This document shows positions 1-39,221 of a stretch of 42,848 bases of DNA, in pieces. Below the pieces are notes generated by a model. The model had not been told where the DNA came from. It was given only the letters and a program-made list of their open reading frames with translations, and did no database searches. The stretch spans positions 42,014,567-42,057,414 of the forward strand of contig NC_068984.1 in NCBI RefSeq assembly GCF_001194135.2. Reading direction: 5' to 3'. Numbering within the stretch: position 1 is the stretch's first letter; each line of letters opens with the position of its first letter. Source of the DNA: Octopus bimaculoides (lineage: Eukaryota). Both the position numbers and the translations under genes were made by a program.

Positions 1-32
<32 letters not shown>

Positions 33-499
33 ACTAGGAGAGGCATAAAATGTTAAGACACTACACACTGTAGCGAGGATAAGAAAATATACAATAATGT
101 CTAGACCTTTGAAGGACTTGCACCAAATTTTGATATTAAAAGACATATTAATCCCTGAACGGCGCGCCACTGCATAAAGCCAAAGATCTCATCCTCGCCA
201 TCCAGATTTAGGTCAGTCACTACAATAGCTGAGGGTTTAAGGGATCACAACTTTTTTCATATCCTGCATTAGAGACCTGCATGCTGCAGATGTAGATATC
301 TTCTAAACGCCACTGGACATTCAACAGGATGTAGTGACTTCGAACTGTCCCATTCCAACTAAAGAAGGAAGATCAATAAATCAATAAAAGTATAACAACA
401 CCAGTGGCGATGCCCCTGAAAAAAAAAGTGTGTGTGTGTGCGTGTGCGTGCGTGCTTGCGTGCGTGCGTGCGTGCGTGCTTGCGCGCGCGTGTGTGTGT

Positions 500-770
500 G
501 TGTGTGTGACTTTGTGCCGGTGTTTGTCCTTCCACAACCGCTTGACAACTTATGCTACTTGATTCTTTTGCCGAATCGCTAAGTTACGAGGGTGTTTGTT
601 TCTTTACACCCTCGTAACTTAGCGTTTCTGCAAAAGAATCAAGTAGCATAAGTACGAGGTTTAAAAAGTTAAGTACTGGGGATGATCTGTTGGATTAAAA
701 ACTCTTCAAGTCAGTGCCCCAACATGGCCGCAGCCTAAAGATGAAACGAGTAAGATATAAAAGATAAAAG
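500..770 (+). mobile_element. SINE family C, 3' portion with (ATAAAAG)-type tail
   Basis: Shares gcttgacaac...gtaacttagc...taagtactggg...catggccgcag...tgaaac with the copies at 14227, 17533, 34850 and 39215. Confidence 0.75.
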
Positions 771-1383
771 AGACGTGTCATATTTTATAGCGAGTGTCAA
801 GTGTGCTCCTGTGGAACACTAATAATACGGATGGTAGATTAGAAACCTACAGCACCTTAATCATTAGTCTTCAATGTATCTGCTAATTACTAAACTATTG
901 ATGATGTTGTAAGTCTGCCTCATCAAACAAATCTAAGATCTAAGAAATTCCTGTGTATCCCGTATTTTTCTCAAGCACTGTATATCTAGTGCATCATTGT
1001 TTTTTTAAACAGTGATGTGTGATTTGTGGAAGAATTGACTCTTATTTCAAAATTATTCAAACGGTTACATTGAGGCAGCCTAACTCGCTCAGATGACTAT
1101 GATATAAGACATTGAACATATACCTTCTTCTTCCCAATGCATAACTATTTATTTGATTGTTATTTTACTAAATTAATTACGGTGGTCCGAACTTGGCTAT
1201 CATTTTCCTGATGATGGCATCCTTGAGTTATTTCCATCAATCAGTTACACAGTACCAATGGATACATAAACAGAAGAATAGACAGACAGACAGACAGACA
1301 AGTAGGTATGCAAGAAGGTAGTCAGGCACACTGAGAGATACACATGTAACAAAAGGCGAGAGATGGAGAAAGACGTCAGTTAC

Positions 1384-27868
<26,485 letters not shown>

Positions 27869-28189
27869 CGATGAGTTTCAATAACTTATCAATCCTTTCG
27901 TAAACACGGGTAGGTATGAATACATAAATAGCAAAATAGTATATTCAACATAAACGTATAATGGCGTTATGTTTCCGAGTAGATATTATGTACATCTATA
28001 TATAAAAGAAAGAGAAGTGGGGAAGAAGAAAGAGGGGAAGATAACTGAAATGTGGCTCATGCTCCATAGTTCATTAATGTTCTTTAAAGCATGGCATAGG
28101 CTTGTGCATGCAAAAACCCAATCAGCCACGAGGCCGAAGTTACTGTCTTCAGTAATTATTCACGGACAAAATGTATAAGGTAGGTAGGT

Positions 28190-29237
28190 AGGTAGGTAGG
28201 TATACGTGTGTGTATATGTGTTATCTTCTTGTGATCATTGCTTAGAGAGAGAGAGAGAGCGAGAGAGAGATGGGGAGAGAGAGACAGAGACAGATGGATA
28301 GAGAGACTGAAAGAGAGAGACTGACAGACAGGCGGATAGATAGATATATAGATAGATAGACAGATAGACAGATAGAGAACCAAATATGATGCGCGTGTTT
28401 GTTGTTTGTTTAGGCCTCCGCGTAAGTTTAATCCAGGCGAATAAGTCGAGACGACGAGTTAAGAGAAGACTATGGGTATTAGAAGAGGGAAAGAAAGTTG
28501 ATGAAGAGGAATAACGAGTTGACTGAATGAGCGTGGGAGAGAGAAAAAGAAAGAGAGAGAAGGGGAAGAGAGAAGAGGAAAATAGAGTATTATGGAGCTA
28601 GTGAACAGGTAAATGGGGGAGGGTGAAAAAAAATGGAATTAGTGTAATCCATTTTGAATGTAATGGGTGGATGAGGAGAAAGTGGAAAACGATGTGGGGG
28701 GAGTTAAAAGAATGAAGGAAAACAGAGGAAAGCAACTAGAACAAAGGTGGACATTGCTAAATGAAGGAGAGCAGAGGGTGGAGGAACAGGAGGAGGAGGA
28801 GGAGGAGAAAGAATATTCGGCGGTGGAGCAGTAGGGGGTGAAGGTAGAGGTGTAAGAAGATAATTATGAAAATGAAAAGTAAAAGGAGGAGGAGGAGGAG
28901 GAGTAGAAAACAGAAACGACTGAGGAAGAGAAATTCGGCAAGAGAGAGAGAGGGAGAGAGAGACAAAGATATATATATATAGAGAGAGAGAGAGGGGGGG
29001 AATGTGCAGTTATAATCAGATCGGATGAGATAAATGAGAGAGAAAATTGCTAGCTAAGGGAAAAAGAAAAAAGAAATTTAACCAAAGGTCGGAATTTAGA
29101 AGGGAGAAAAGAGGGGGTGGAGGAGTAACCAATGGCCCTTTACTTAAAAACAAACAAAGAAACAAACAAGAACAAGTAAATAATAAACAATGAGAAAAAG
29201 AAAGAAAAGTGCAACAAGGAAATGAAGGAAAGAAAAC
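28190..29237 (+). repeat. Purine-rich (GA/GGA/GATA) low-complexity tract
   Basis: Direct reading. Confidence 0.85.
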
Positions 29238-29669
29238 GNNNNNNNNNNNNNNNNNNNNNNNNNNNNNNNNNNNNNNNNNNNNNNNNNNNNNNNNNNNNNN
29301 NNNNNNNNNNNNNNNNNNNNNNNNNNNNNNNNNNNNNNACACACACACACACACACACATACACACACACACACACACACGCATATATGTATAGGGAGTG
29401 AGAATAGAGTGAGCGGGAGAGAGAGAGTAGTGGTTGGTTAGTTGAGTGGTTGGGAACTAGAATAAACGTACAAAAATAAAAACCATGAGCTCGTGATTTT
29501 GACAACATATATGACATCACCGAGGTGAAAGCCTTTAATCTCGGTATTGTTTATTGCGGGAGGTGCTGGCAAGATAGACAATAGAAGAGCTGTGAACTTT
29601 CATTCGCGCTGGTTTAAAGCGTTGAAGCAGTTTAGTGCGAATAAGTTTGTCGAGATGAGAGAGAATAAG

Positions 29670-29900
29670 GGCGGCGAGCTGACAGAAACGTTAGCACGCC
29701 GGGCAAAATGATTAGAGGTATTTCGTCTGTCTTTAGGTTCTGAGTTCAAATTCCGCCGAGGTCGACTTTGCCTTTCATCCATTCGAGGTCGATAAATTAA
29801 GTACCAGTTATGCACTGGGGTCGATGTAATCGACTTAATCCCTTTGTCTGTCTTTGTTTGTCCCCTCTATGTTTAGCCCCTTGTGGGCAATAAAGAAATT
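29670..29900 (+). mobile_element. SINE family B, full length, perfect 17-bp TSD
   Basis: TSD agatgagagagaataag at 29653-29669 and 29901-29917; B box gagttcaaattcc. Confidence 0.92.
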
Positions 29901-30061
29901 AGATGAGAGAGAATAAGAACAGCAGGAAGTAAAATATATATTTATGATGATGATGATATGTATACACACACACACACACACATGATTATCGTTTAATGTA
30001 CACAATACAAAGATACGTGCTACTAATAGTTTCATGCGTTGGAGACACGAGTCTAAGTTTC

Positions 30062-30290
30062 TTATTTCTTTATTGTCCGCAGGGAGCTAAACATAGAGGG
30101 GACAAACTAGAACAGACAAAGGGATTAAGTCGATTAGATCGACCCCAGTGCGTAACTGGTACTTAATTTATCGACCCCGAAAAGATGAAAGGCATAGTCG
30201 ACCTCGGCGCAATTTGAACACAGAACGTAACGGCAGACGAAAGACCACTAAGCATTTCGCCCGGCGTGCTAACGTTTCTGCCAGCTCACC
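30062..30290 (-). mobile_element. SINE family B, full length
   Basis: Reverse complement of the 29670 copy. TSD-like cacgagtctaRgtttct at 30046-30062 and 30295-30311. Confidence 0.9.
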
Positions 30291-30656
30291 TAGGCACGAG
30301 TCTAGGTTTCTACAACACGAATCTAGGTTTCTTCAGAATACACAAATGACTAGGGAACAAGAAATAACGTAATGAACTTCATTACTTCATTAGCTTACAG
30401 CTGTTTCTGCCACAAGATGCAAGCACTCATATTTGAATGTATTGCCTCTTTTTGTCATCATTTTCATCTAGAAACTTTGTAAGTCAACACTTACGGAAAA
30501 AGATATGAACAAGGAGAGAATTCCATGGAGCTGATATTCTGGGAGAGAAGGACTGAATGTAGGAATTATTGCTGAGCTTGAGGTTTAGACACAACTAGAA
30601 TGATGTGAAGAAGAAAGATGAATAAGATGAGAACGCCTGGGTGTATGAATGTATGC

Positions 30657-30698
<42 letters not shown>

Positions 30699-31689
30699 AT
30701 ATAGGATAAATTCTTTATAAGAATTTATCAAGTAGTCAGCGTGAAAAAACCTCATAATGAAAAAATAACGAAAAATTTCGTAATGAAAAAATTCATCGTC
30801 TCTTCATAGATATATTTAATTATATATAAAGGACATTAACTGTGTATTAATGCCTCACGCTATCGAGGGACTAAATAAGTCAGGTTGATTCTTGTTTATT
30901 TTTATATATCTTGACCATACGTGTACTGATGAACAAAAAAATACAGNNNNNNNNNNNNNNNNNNNNNNNNNNNNNNNNNNNNNNNNNNNNNNNNNNNNNN
31001 NNNNNNNNNNNNNNNNNNNNNNNNNNNNNNNNNNNNNNNNNNNNNNNNNNNNNNNNNNNNNNNNNNNNNNNNNNNNNNNNNNNNNNNNNNNNNNNNNNNN
31101 NNNNNNNNNNNNNNNNNNNNNNNNNNNNNNNNNNNNNNNNNNNNNNNNNNNNNNNNNNNNNNNNNNNNNNNNNNNNNNNNNNNNNNNNNNNNNNNNNNNN
31201 NNNNNNNNNNNNNNNNNNNNNNNNNNNNNNNNNNNNNNNNNNNNNNNATATATATAGCCCTAAATTTGCAGGACTTGTGCCAAAATTTGAAACTATTATT
31301 CCCTGACAGTAAAGAAGACTCCAAGTCGTTATGAATCAGTTTTATTACTGTTGTGCATCGATTTGTGCTACGTCTCAAAAGAACAATGTCATTTATTCTG
31401 CAAATGATCGACTTACTGCCCCCATTTCAAACATTTCTAACCAACGAGGAGCTGTCTGAATACGTTTACTCGACCTGTTAAAAATAGCTGCCAAAACCCA
31501 CTCAAGCCACATAGTTGTATAATGGGATCCCGGGGACCCTGCATATATAAAAAAAGATGGTCTCTGTTTAAAAGCTCGATCAGAATGGACTTGAGACCTC
31601 GAAATAACAATAATAACAATTAACATCAAGGTGTAAAGAAATAACCATAAACGGCCAAGTCTTTCAATCTACAAAGTATCTCTCATTCC

Positions 31690-32245
31690 TCACTTATCAC
31701 CAGAACAAATTCTGGGAGGAGAAGGTCTCAGTAATGGGCGTAACATCCATGAAAGTTGACCTCAAGTTCAACATCGGAAGACAAAACGCTTGAGTGCACA
31801 CGGTCAACGATATCACCTTCCCAGTCAGAGGAAAGGAAATTGAAGATGTCTGTCGTTTCACATATCTGAGGAAGAGTTGTCAGTAAAGAGGGTGGACCAG
31901 AATAGGAGATAGAAATAAGGATTAGCAAAGCTACAACGGCTTTCAAGATGCTCAAACTCATCTGGCGATCACAAAGTTCTTCACTGACTAACTCCAAACA
32001 TCTGTGAATAGATGTATCTGTAAAATCCTTCGGGTGAAATAGCGAGACAAACAAAACCTTGTGGCAACAGGTGACCCAGCAACCTATCGAAATCCAGATC
32101 AAGAGAAAGAAATGGGATTCAGTAGGGACACACTCTAGGGAAACATGTTTCCAACATTACAAAGCAGGTCCTCTGATTGGCACCACAAAGGGAAATTGAG
32201 CATGGAGAAGTTCCCCCAAAACTGATGCATTGGTAGACCTGGGGA
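31690..32245 (+). mobile_element. Decayed RTE-clade LINE fragment
   Basis: Broken frames give KEIEDVCRFTYL, IEIRISKATTAFKML, NRCICKILRV and IEIQIKRKKW. Confidence 0.7.
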
Positions 32246-33130
32246 AAAAAAAAACAATCCAGAGCCTGAGATCGAGACATATGAGGATCTCTTGTTGACA
32301 CCTGGAGTCAAAGGAATTTCGAATATATATATATTTCTATGTGGCTTGCTTGTTTGTTGTACCTTGTTTATCATTTTGTCCATGTTCTTTTGCCACGTCA
32401 TGTACCCAGTTATGTATCTATGTGTACATGTAGATGAAGGTATGTACATACATGTACATATATATGCATATACTCATATATTGTTTATATATATATATAG
32501 ATTCAAAATTGAATGTGGTACTTATGTTTAGGCACCAGAATATAGTATGGTATGGTATTATACAAAGACCATTCCAAAAAACTAGGTGATCAAAAAATCA
32601 AAATAAGCAACACGGATTTCAAAGATGATTGCAGTACGCACGTTTCATGCTACTCCATTTATTTCGCATTACTTAAATAAATGGAGTANNNNNNNNNNNN
32701 NNNNNNNNNNNNNNNNNNNNNNNNNNNNNNNNNNNNNNNNNNNNNNNNNNNNNNNNNNNNNNNNNNNNNNNNNNNNNNNNNNNNNNNNNNNNNNNNNNNN
32801 NNNNNNNNNNNNNNNNNNNNNNNNNNNNNNNNNNNNNNNNNNNNNNNNNNNNNNNNNNNNNNNNNNNNNNNNNNNNNNNNNNNNNNNNNNNNNNNNNNNN
32901 NNNNNNNNNNNNNNNNNNNNNNNNNNNNNNNNNNNNNNNNNNNNNNNNNNNNNNNNNNNNNNNNNNNNNNNNNNNNNNNNNNNNNNNNATATATATATAT
33001 ATATATATAAATATATAGATAGAAAAGGTAAGACAACAAAAGAAAGAAAGATACGTCGATATCATGTAAATAGAGGAATTTATCTGTAAATAATATGTGA
33101 CAAATAATTGTCACATATTATTTACAGATA

Positions 33131-33217
33131 TATTGGGTTGTCCGGAAAGTTCGTGCCGATTTTTAAAGGAAAGAAAAAGGTCAATAAATACTTGCCATTA
33201 CATTTTTATTCAACCAA
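33131..33217 (+). mobile_element. Mariner terminal inverted repeat fragment
   Basis: ta-ttgggttgtccggaaagttcgtgccgatttt resembles a mariner TIR; no partner seen. Confidence 0.55.
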
Positions 33218-33405
33218 GGTGCAATCCCATGGTCAGTCATGACCGAAGGGGGTCTCAGCATTTCGCTTAGGCATAGCTATACTAATAACCTAGTGTTAGA
33301 ACTCAATATACGTATGCTTTAGAACAAAGCGTCAGTCAAGTACACGTCAGTAATAAGAAATTGAGAAATTGACAAAGGAATAAACATTTATGCAATGAAC
33401 TTCAT

Positions 33406-33488
33406 AAGCTTACAGATGTTTCTGTTATAAGGTACAATGCGTTCATAATTGAATACTTAAGTATTAGTCTATAGCCTCATCAGAGCTT
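33406..33488 (-). ncRNA. Hammerhead-like motif with long stem II insert
   Basis: Minus strand aagct-CTGATGA-...-GAAA-CATCTG-TA-agctt; stem I is a perfect 5 bp. Confidence 0.55.
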
Positions 33489-34441
33489 GAAACATGAAGT
33501 GCTGTAAGTTAATGTAGTTCATAACATAACAGTAATTTTATTTCCCATATACAAGTGTGTGCGTGCACGCGTATGTGTGTATCTACACACCAACAATCGC
33601 TTGTTCTTGAAAATTTTGATGGAAACATTGCTGTTGCTCTTGTTATTGGTAGAACATTCCACTGCTTTCTGACACGATAAACTCGTTGAAATTCTTTTAT
33701 CAATGTCACGTTTGTTGTTAAATTCCTTCCTTATGTCTTCCAAAGTCATTGAACTATTTTTGATACCAATGAGTCCATAGGGTACACTCAACGTGACTAC
33801 ACTTCAGTTCAGAAATAGCACCAAATCATTCTTAGATCCCACCTCATTGTCTTATGACAAGGACACAGTAGCTAATGTAATCCCGGATTCCCAATTCCTT
33901 TCTTGTCGTATCCGCAGAGAGTAGTCTCCCTTATAAAGCTGATTTTTTTTTTTTTTTTCAGGCGGGACATACAGAGATATTGGCAGAAAATGAGACTGAA
34001 AGAGAGGGAGAAAGAGAGAGAAGGACAGAGAGGCAGACAGACAGACAGACAGACAAGCAGGTAGTGAGAGAAGAGACTGAGGAGAAATTTACCCCAATAT
34101 TTGACTTGAAATTTATTTATCGATTCCCAAAGTGACGAAAGATAAAGTTAACAGCAGCAGGATGAGAAGTTGGAGCGCAAACACCCAGAATAAATAACGA
34201 AAGGCATTCTATTTGTTTAACTCTTCACCCGTTTACTGCTTTAAATCCTCTAAAAAAGACGATATGTACTTGGCTCGAATGCCTTTGATCCTAAATCTGC
34301 TCTGTCATCCCGTTCCGCCCATAAAACGCGTCTTTTAGTGCAGATAACAGCACGCTTCGCATTTTTTATTACATAATCTTTTGCTCACAGGCTTACTCTC
34401 AATTCACACGCAACTTAAAACACTTTACTCTTACATACACT

Positions 34442-34672
34442 TATTTCTTTATTAGCCACAGGGGGCTAAATATTGAGGGGACAAACAAGGACAGACAAAG
34501 GGATTGAGTCGATTACATCGACCCCAGTGCGTAACTGGTACTTACTTAATCGACCCCGAAAGGATGAAAGGCTAAATCGACCTCGGTGGAATTTGAACTC
34601 AGAACGTCACGGCAGACGAAATACCGCAAGCATTTCGCCCGGCGCGCTAACGATTCTGCCAAATCGCCGCCT
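34442..34672 (-). mobile_element. SINE family B, full length, 18-bp TSD
   Basis: tttRctcttacatacact at 34424-34441 and 34673-34690. Confidence 0.92.
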
Positions 34673-34790
34673 TTTGCTCTTACATACACTATTCACATGA
34701 ACAATGACATCGAAAACATCCTCCAATACCGACCTACTTACATTAAAAACACAACCAGCAACACACACATGTACACACGGGCACACACGG

Positions 34791-34849
<59 letters not shown>

Positions 34850-35110
34850 TATCTTTTACTTGTTTCAGTCATTGGACTGTGGCCATGCTGGAGCACCGCC
34901 TTAAGGGGCATACTCGATCAAATCGATCCTTGTACTTATTTTTAAGTCTGGTATTTATTCTATCGGCTACTTTGGCCGAACCGCTAAGTTACGCAGATGT
35001 AAAACAAGTGACCACTGGTTGTTATCAAGCGGTGTGCAGAGAAAGGGGTCAAACAACACAAATATTAAAACAGGCAATAAACGCTTTGGTCGATCGGGGG
35101 CTGCTGTAAA
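34850..35110 (-). mobile_element. SINE family C fragment
   Basis: tcttttacttgtttcagtcattggactgtggccatgctggagcaccgcc. Confidence 0.8.
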
Positions 35111-35282
35111 AGACATTTGTCCACGCGCAGTGGAACTGATCCCCAAACGACATTGGCTGGGAAGTAAAAATTACGATTAAACCGGATGAAATATGTCACA
35201 GGGAATAACATTTTTATGACCGCCCAGCAATAACTCTATTCAGCTGAATAGACGTCAGTGATTGGTTGAAATTACAGAAATA

Positions 35283-35457
35283 CGACAACTTTAACATGGA
35301 ATAACTTGCGATGTACGTTTTTTTGTTAAGAAGACTAAGAGTAAAAGATGTTTTATATGACACATTCTACCAGTGTCCCAAGTTTCAAAGTGTTTCGTTA
35401 GTGTTTCGTTAGTGTTTCGTTAAGAAAATACTGGTGCCCCCGTTTTGAAATAGATCC
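35283..35457 (+). repeat. Unclassified dispersed repeat with an inverted partner at 38163-38328
   Basis: Near-identical reverse complement; three vs two copies of the agtgtttcgtt-type unit. Confidence 0.85.
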
Positions 35458-35460
35458 CAG

Positions 35461-35608
35461 CAGGGTTCACCACCATCCCCTGCCGGAGTCACGTGGAGCT
35501 TTAGGTGTTTTCGCTCAAATAAGCACTCACAACGCCCGGTCTGGGAATCGAAACCGCGATCCTATGACCGCGAGTCCTCTGCCCTAACCACTGGGCCATT
35601 GCGCCTCC
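35461..35608 (-). mobile_element. SINE family A 5' portion
   Basis: Reverse complement of the 23444 head. Confidence 0.88.
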
Positions 35609-35699
35609 ACATATATATATACATATACATACATACATACAAACATACATACATACAAACATACATACAAACACACACACACACACACACACATCTACA

Positions 35700-35905
35700 T
35701 ACGAAAACATATACAAAGGTACTGTGAATAAAGATAGAGTGACCAGAGAATATTGTGCCGAGAATATGGCAGTCCGAACTCTCCTCTTACAACAAGAAAA
35801 TATCCCACAATGCATTTGCAGTACCAGTGCTGATTCCAACATTTGGAATACTTGACTGGTCTGCAGAAGAAATCCACTCCATGGACGTTAAAACCAGTGA
35901 TAGCT
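35700..35905 (+). mobile_element. R4/Dong LINE post-RT fragment
   Basis: RIWQSELSSYNKKISHNAFAVPVLIPTFGILDWSAEEIHSMDVKT. Confidence 0.75.
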
Positions 35906-36750
35906 TTCTTAGTTGGAATGAGCTCCAATTCTCCATCGCTCTTAAAGATTGTTGAAGAGTGAGTGAGTGAGTGTGTGTATGTGTGCGTGTGTGCGTGTGT
36001 AAATGTGTGTGTGTGTGTGCACGGGCGTTTGCGTGCGCACGCGTGTGTATATGCGTGCGTGCGCGCGCATATATGTTGAGAGGAATGAAGTGTTGATAAA
36101 GCAAGCCCTTCGATTCGAAATTTCTTCGTGTATTGTCATGTCGCGTAAATACAGGTTGCTTTGCTTGCCACGATAAGATAAGTTTACTTATAAATTAGCT
36201 TTAACTATTAGTGAACCCTATCCAGAGTAAATATCCCATGAGTAAAGACCGCTGACATGAAAGTTTTAGTCATTGTTGACATCTCGTCTCGACGAATTTA
36301 TTAAACGATGTTCGTGAGGGATGTTCTTGGCTGTTTTAGCACCCCAGCCTAGCAATCACTCCCAGTAAAACAGTAAAGGTTTTGTGTTACTTTTAGAGGG
36401 AAATACTGGCTTTGATTGTTGTCGTAATTGTGTGATTGTAAATGCTTTCTTTATTTCCGGATTATTTTTGTCATTTTCCTTCCAGTTGTTTTATAAATTA
36501 TAATCTCTCCTGTCTATTTTGATATTTCTGTCTTTCTTGTCACCCATCTTGTTTAATTCTTCCTTTATAATCTGAGTGGAAATGAATGTACTAAAAACAG
36601 GTACACACAGTCCAAGGGAGGTAACACGTATCCGCAAAACATTTTGTTGACGACTTGGCACGATTTGTTTCAGCGAATTCATTTCTTTATCATAAAATAA
36701 TGTACTAAAGTAGCATAACTTGTAAGTCTAAAATACCAATTTAAAATATT

Positions 36751-37181
36751 GGCACAAGACCAGCAATTTCGGAGAAAGGACTAAGTCGATTACATCGAAC
36801 CCAGCGTCCTGCTGGTACTTATTTTATAAACTCTTAAAGGATGAAAGATAAAGTCGACCTCAACGGAACTTGAACTCAGAACGTGAAGACGGACAAAATG
36901 CCGCAAAGCATTTTCCCTGGAGTGTTAACGATACAGCCAGCTCGTCGCCTTACCTAGTTCAAAATATTCTTTACTACTCTAGGCACAATGCCCGAAATTT
37001 TGGGGTAGGGGGCCAGTCGATTTGATCGACCTCAATACGCAACTGGTACATAATTTATCGAACCCGATAGAATGAAAGGCAAAATCGACCTCGGCGGAAT
37101 TTGAACTCTGAACGTAAAGACAGACGAAATAGCGTTAAGCATTTCGCCCGACGTGCTAACGTTTCTGCCAGCTCACCGCCA
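36751..37181 (-). mobile_element. Two tandem SINE family B copies
   Basis: Copies at 36751-36950 and 36969-37181, punctuated by three copies of a 17-18 bp target motif. Confidence 0.88.
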
Positions 37182-38162
37182 TACCAGTTCAAAATATTGA
37201 GAGAATTATTAAGAGGTTGAATAAAATACCTGCTCTGGTTCTTTACATTCTCAGTTAAAATCCCGCCGAAGTCAGTTTTGCTTTCGAATTTTTAAATTTT
37301 CAAATAAATATCCGTCAAGTACTGAGGTCGATGGTACCGACTAATCCTCTCCCCTCAAGATTGTGCTGGGTTTATGTTTAAATTATAAACCATTGTTAAG
37401 ATCCTGAGAAAGTTTAAGCTGCAAAACTGAAGTCTCAAATGGCAGTGCTGGAAATTCTGATTCAGGAAAGACAATATAATATTCGATGTGACATATCTAA
37501 AGCAGATAGCATTTTGCCTCAATTGTCATCTGAAGACATCCGATGCGACACATGCCAATCAAATAGGTTTTACCTTTCTACTATCCATCTATTTTTTAAA
37601 AAATGATTTTAAAAAAATTAGAACTATATATATATATATTTGCAAAGTCTATATTTTCGGGAATGAATTTAAGATGACTGATTACTAAATTTTAAAAGAA
37701 ATAGAAAATACATTGAAGAAAATTAACACATTGATATGTCAAAATATATGAAAGAATATCAACTAGGACTCATGCTTCGGTTTTTGAAAAACCTTATAAA
37801 AAATATGTACTAAAATGGAATATGTAAAGAGAAAATTAAATTGAAATTAAAATTAAGATTAACATTCATAATGTCCTTTGGTTCTGGTAGCATGACAAGT
37901 TCAACTGACTGTGACCACAAATTACTACTATCTGGCTTTGTAAATTGAATAGTGTAGTCAAGATTCGTTTTCTTAGGAGTGGCTATAGCTGCCCAATAAC
38001 TAGCAGAAGTAATAATAGTCGTCGTGGTTAAGTTGTTCCCCCTGGGGTTTTAATAAAAATTAGGTTCTTCGACCCCTTGTCTTTATTTCTTATATACACA
38101 TATACATACTCACCCTTATATACATATACATACACATAGAGATACATACATACACTCATATA

Positions 38163-38328
38163 GGATCTATTTTAAAACGGGGCCGCCAGTATTTTCTTAA
38201 CGAAACACTAACGAAACACTTTGAAACTTGGGACACTGGTAGAATGTGTCATATAAAACATATTTTACTCTTAGTCTTCTTAACAAAAAAAAAAGGAATT
38301 CGCAAGTTATTCCATGTTAAAGTTGTCG
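38163..38328 (-). repeat. Inverted partner of 35283-35457, running into a gap
   Basis: ggatctattttaaaacgggg...aaagttgtcg. Confidence 0.85.
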
Positions 38329-39184
38329 NNNNNNNNNNNNNNNNNNNNNNNNNNNNNNNNNNNNNNNNNNNNNNNNNNNNNNNNNNNNNNNNNNNNNNNN
38401 NNNNNNNNNNNNNNNNNNNNNNNNNNNNNNNNNNNNNNNNNNNNNNNNNNNNNNNNNNNNNNNNNNNNNNNNNNNNNNNNNNNNNNNNNNNNNNNNNNNN
38501 NNNNNNNNNNNNNNNNNNNNNNNNNNNNNNNNNNNNNNNNNNNNNNNNNNNNNNNNNNNNNNNNNNNNNNNNNNNNNNNNNNNNNNNNNNNNNNNNNNNN
38601 NNNNNNNNNNNNNNNNNNNNNNNNNNNNNNNNNNNNNNNNNNNNNNNNNNNNNNNNNNNNNNNNNNNNNNNNNNNNNNNNNNNNNNNNNNNNNNNNNNNN
38701 NNNNNNNNNNNNNNNNNNNNNNNNNNNNNNNNNNNNNNNNNNNNNNNNNNNNNNNNNNNNNNNNNNNNNNNNNNNNNNNNNNNNNNNNNNNNNNNNNNNN
38801 NNNNNNNNNNNNNNNNNNNNNNNNNNNNNNNNNNNNNNNNNNNNNNNNNNNNNNNNNNNNNNNNNNNNNNNNNNNNNNNNNNNNNNNNNNNNNNNNNNNN
38901 NNNNNNNNNNNNNNNNNNNNNNNNNNNNNNNNNNNNNNNNNNNNNNNNNNNNNNNNNNNNNNNNNNNNNNNNNNNNNNNNNNNNNNNNNNNNNNNNNNNN
39001 NNNNNNNNNNNNNNNNNNNNNNNNNNNNNNNNNNNNNNNNNNNNNNNNNNNNNNNNNNNNNNNNNNNNNNNNNNNNNNNNNNNNNNNNNNNNNNNNNNNN
39101 NNNNNNNNNNNNNNNNNNNNNNNNNNNNNNNNNNNNNNNNNNNNNNNNNNNNNNNNNNNNNNNNNNNNNNNNNNNNNNNNNNNN

Positions 39185-39214
<30 letters not shown>

Positions 39215-39221
<7 letters not shown>

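Noticed and set aside
110-400. Possible next Slob exon, or an FG-GAP-like peptide AIVVTDLNLDGEDEIFG on the minus strand
   Set aside because: No phase-2 acceptor yields the expected RLxGxEN-like continuation. The FG-GAP-like stretch has a stop just upstream and weak splice signals. The next Slob exon is probably outside the window.
33519-33791. 90-aa ORF with coding-like composition
   Set aside because: Non-ATG start, no recognisable family and no convincing splice sites.
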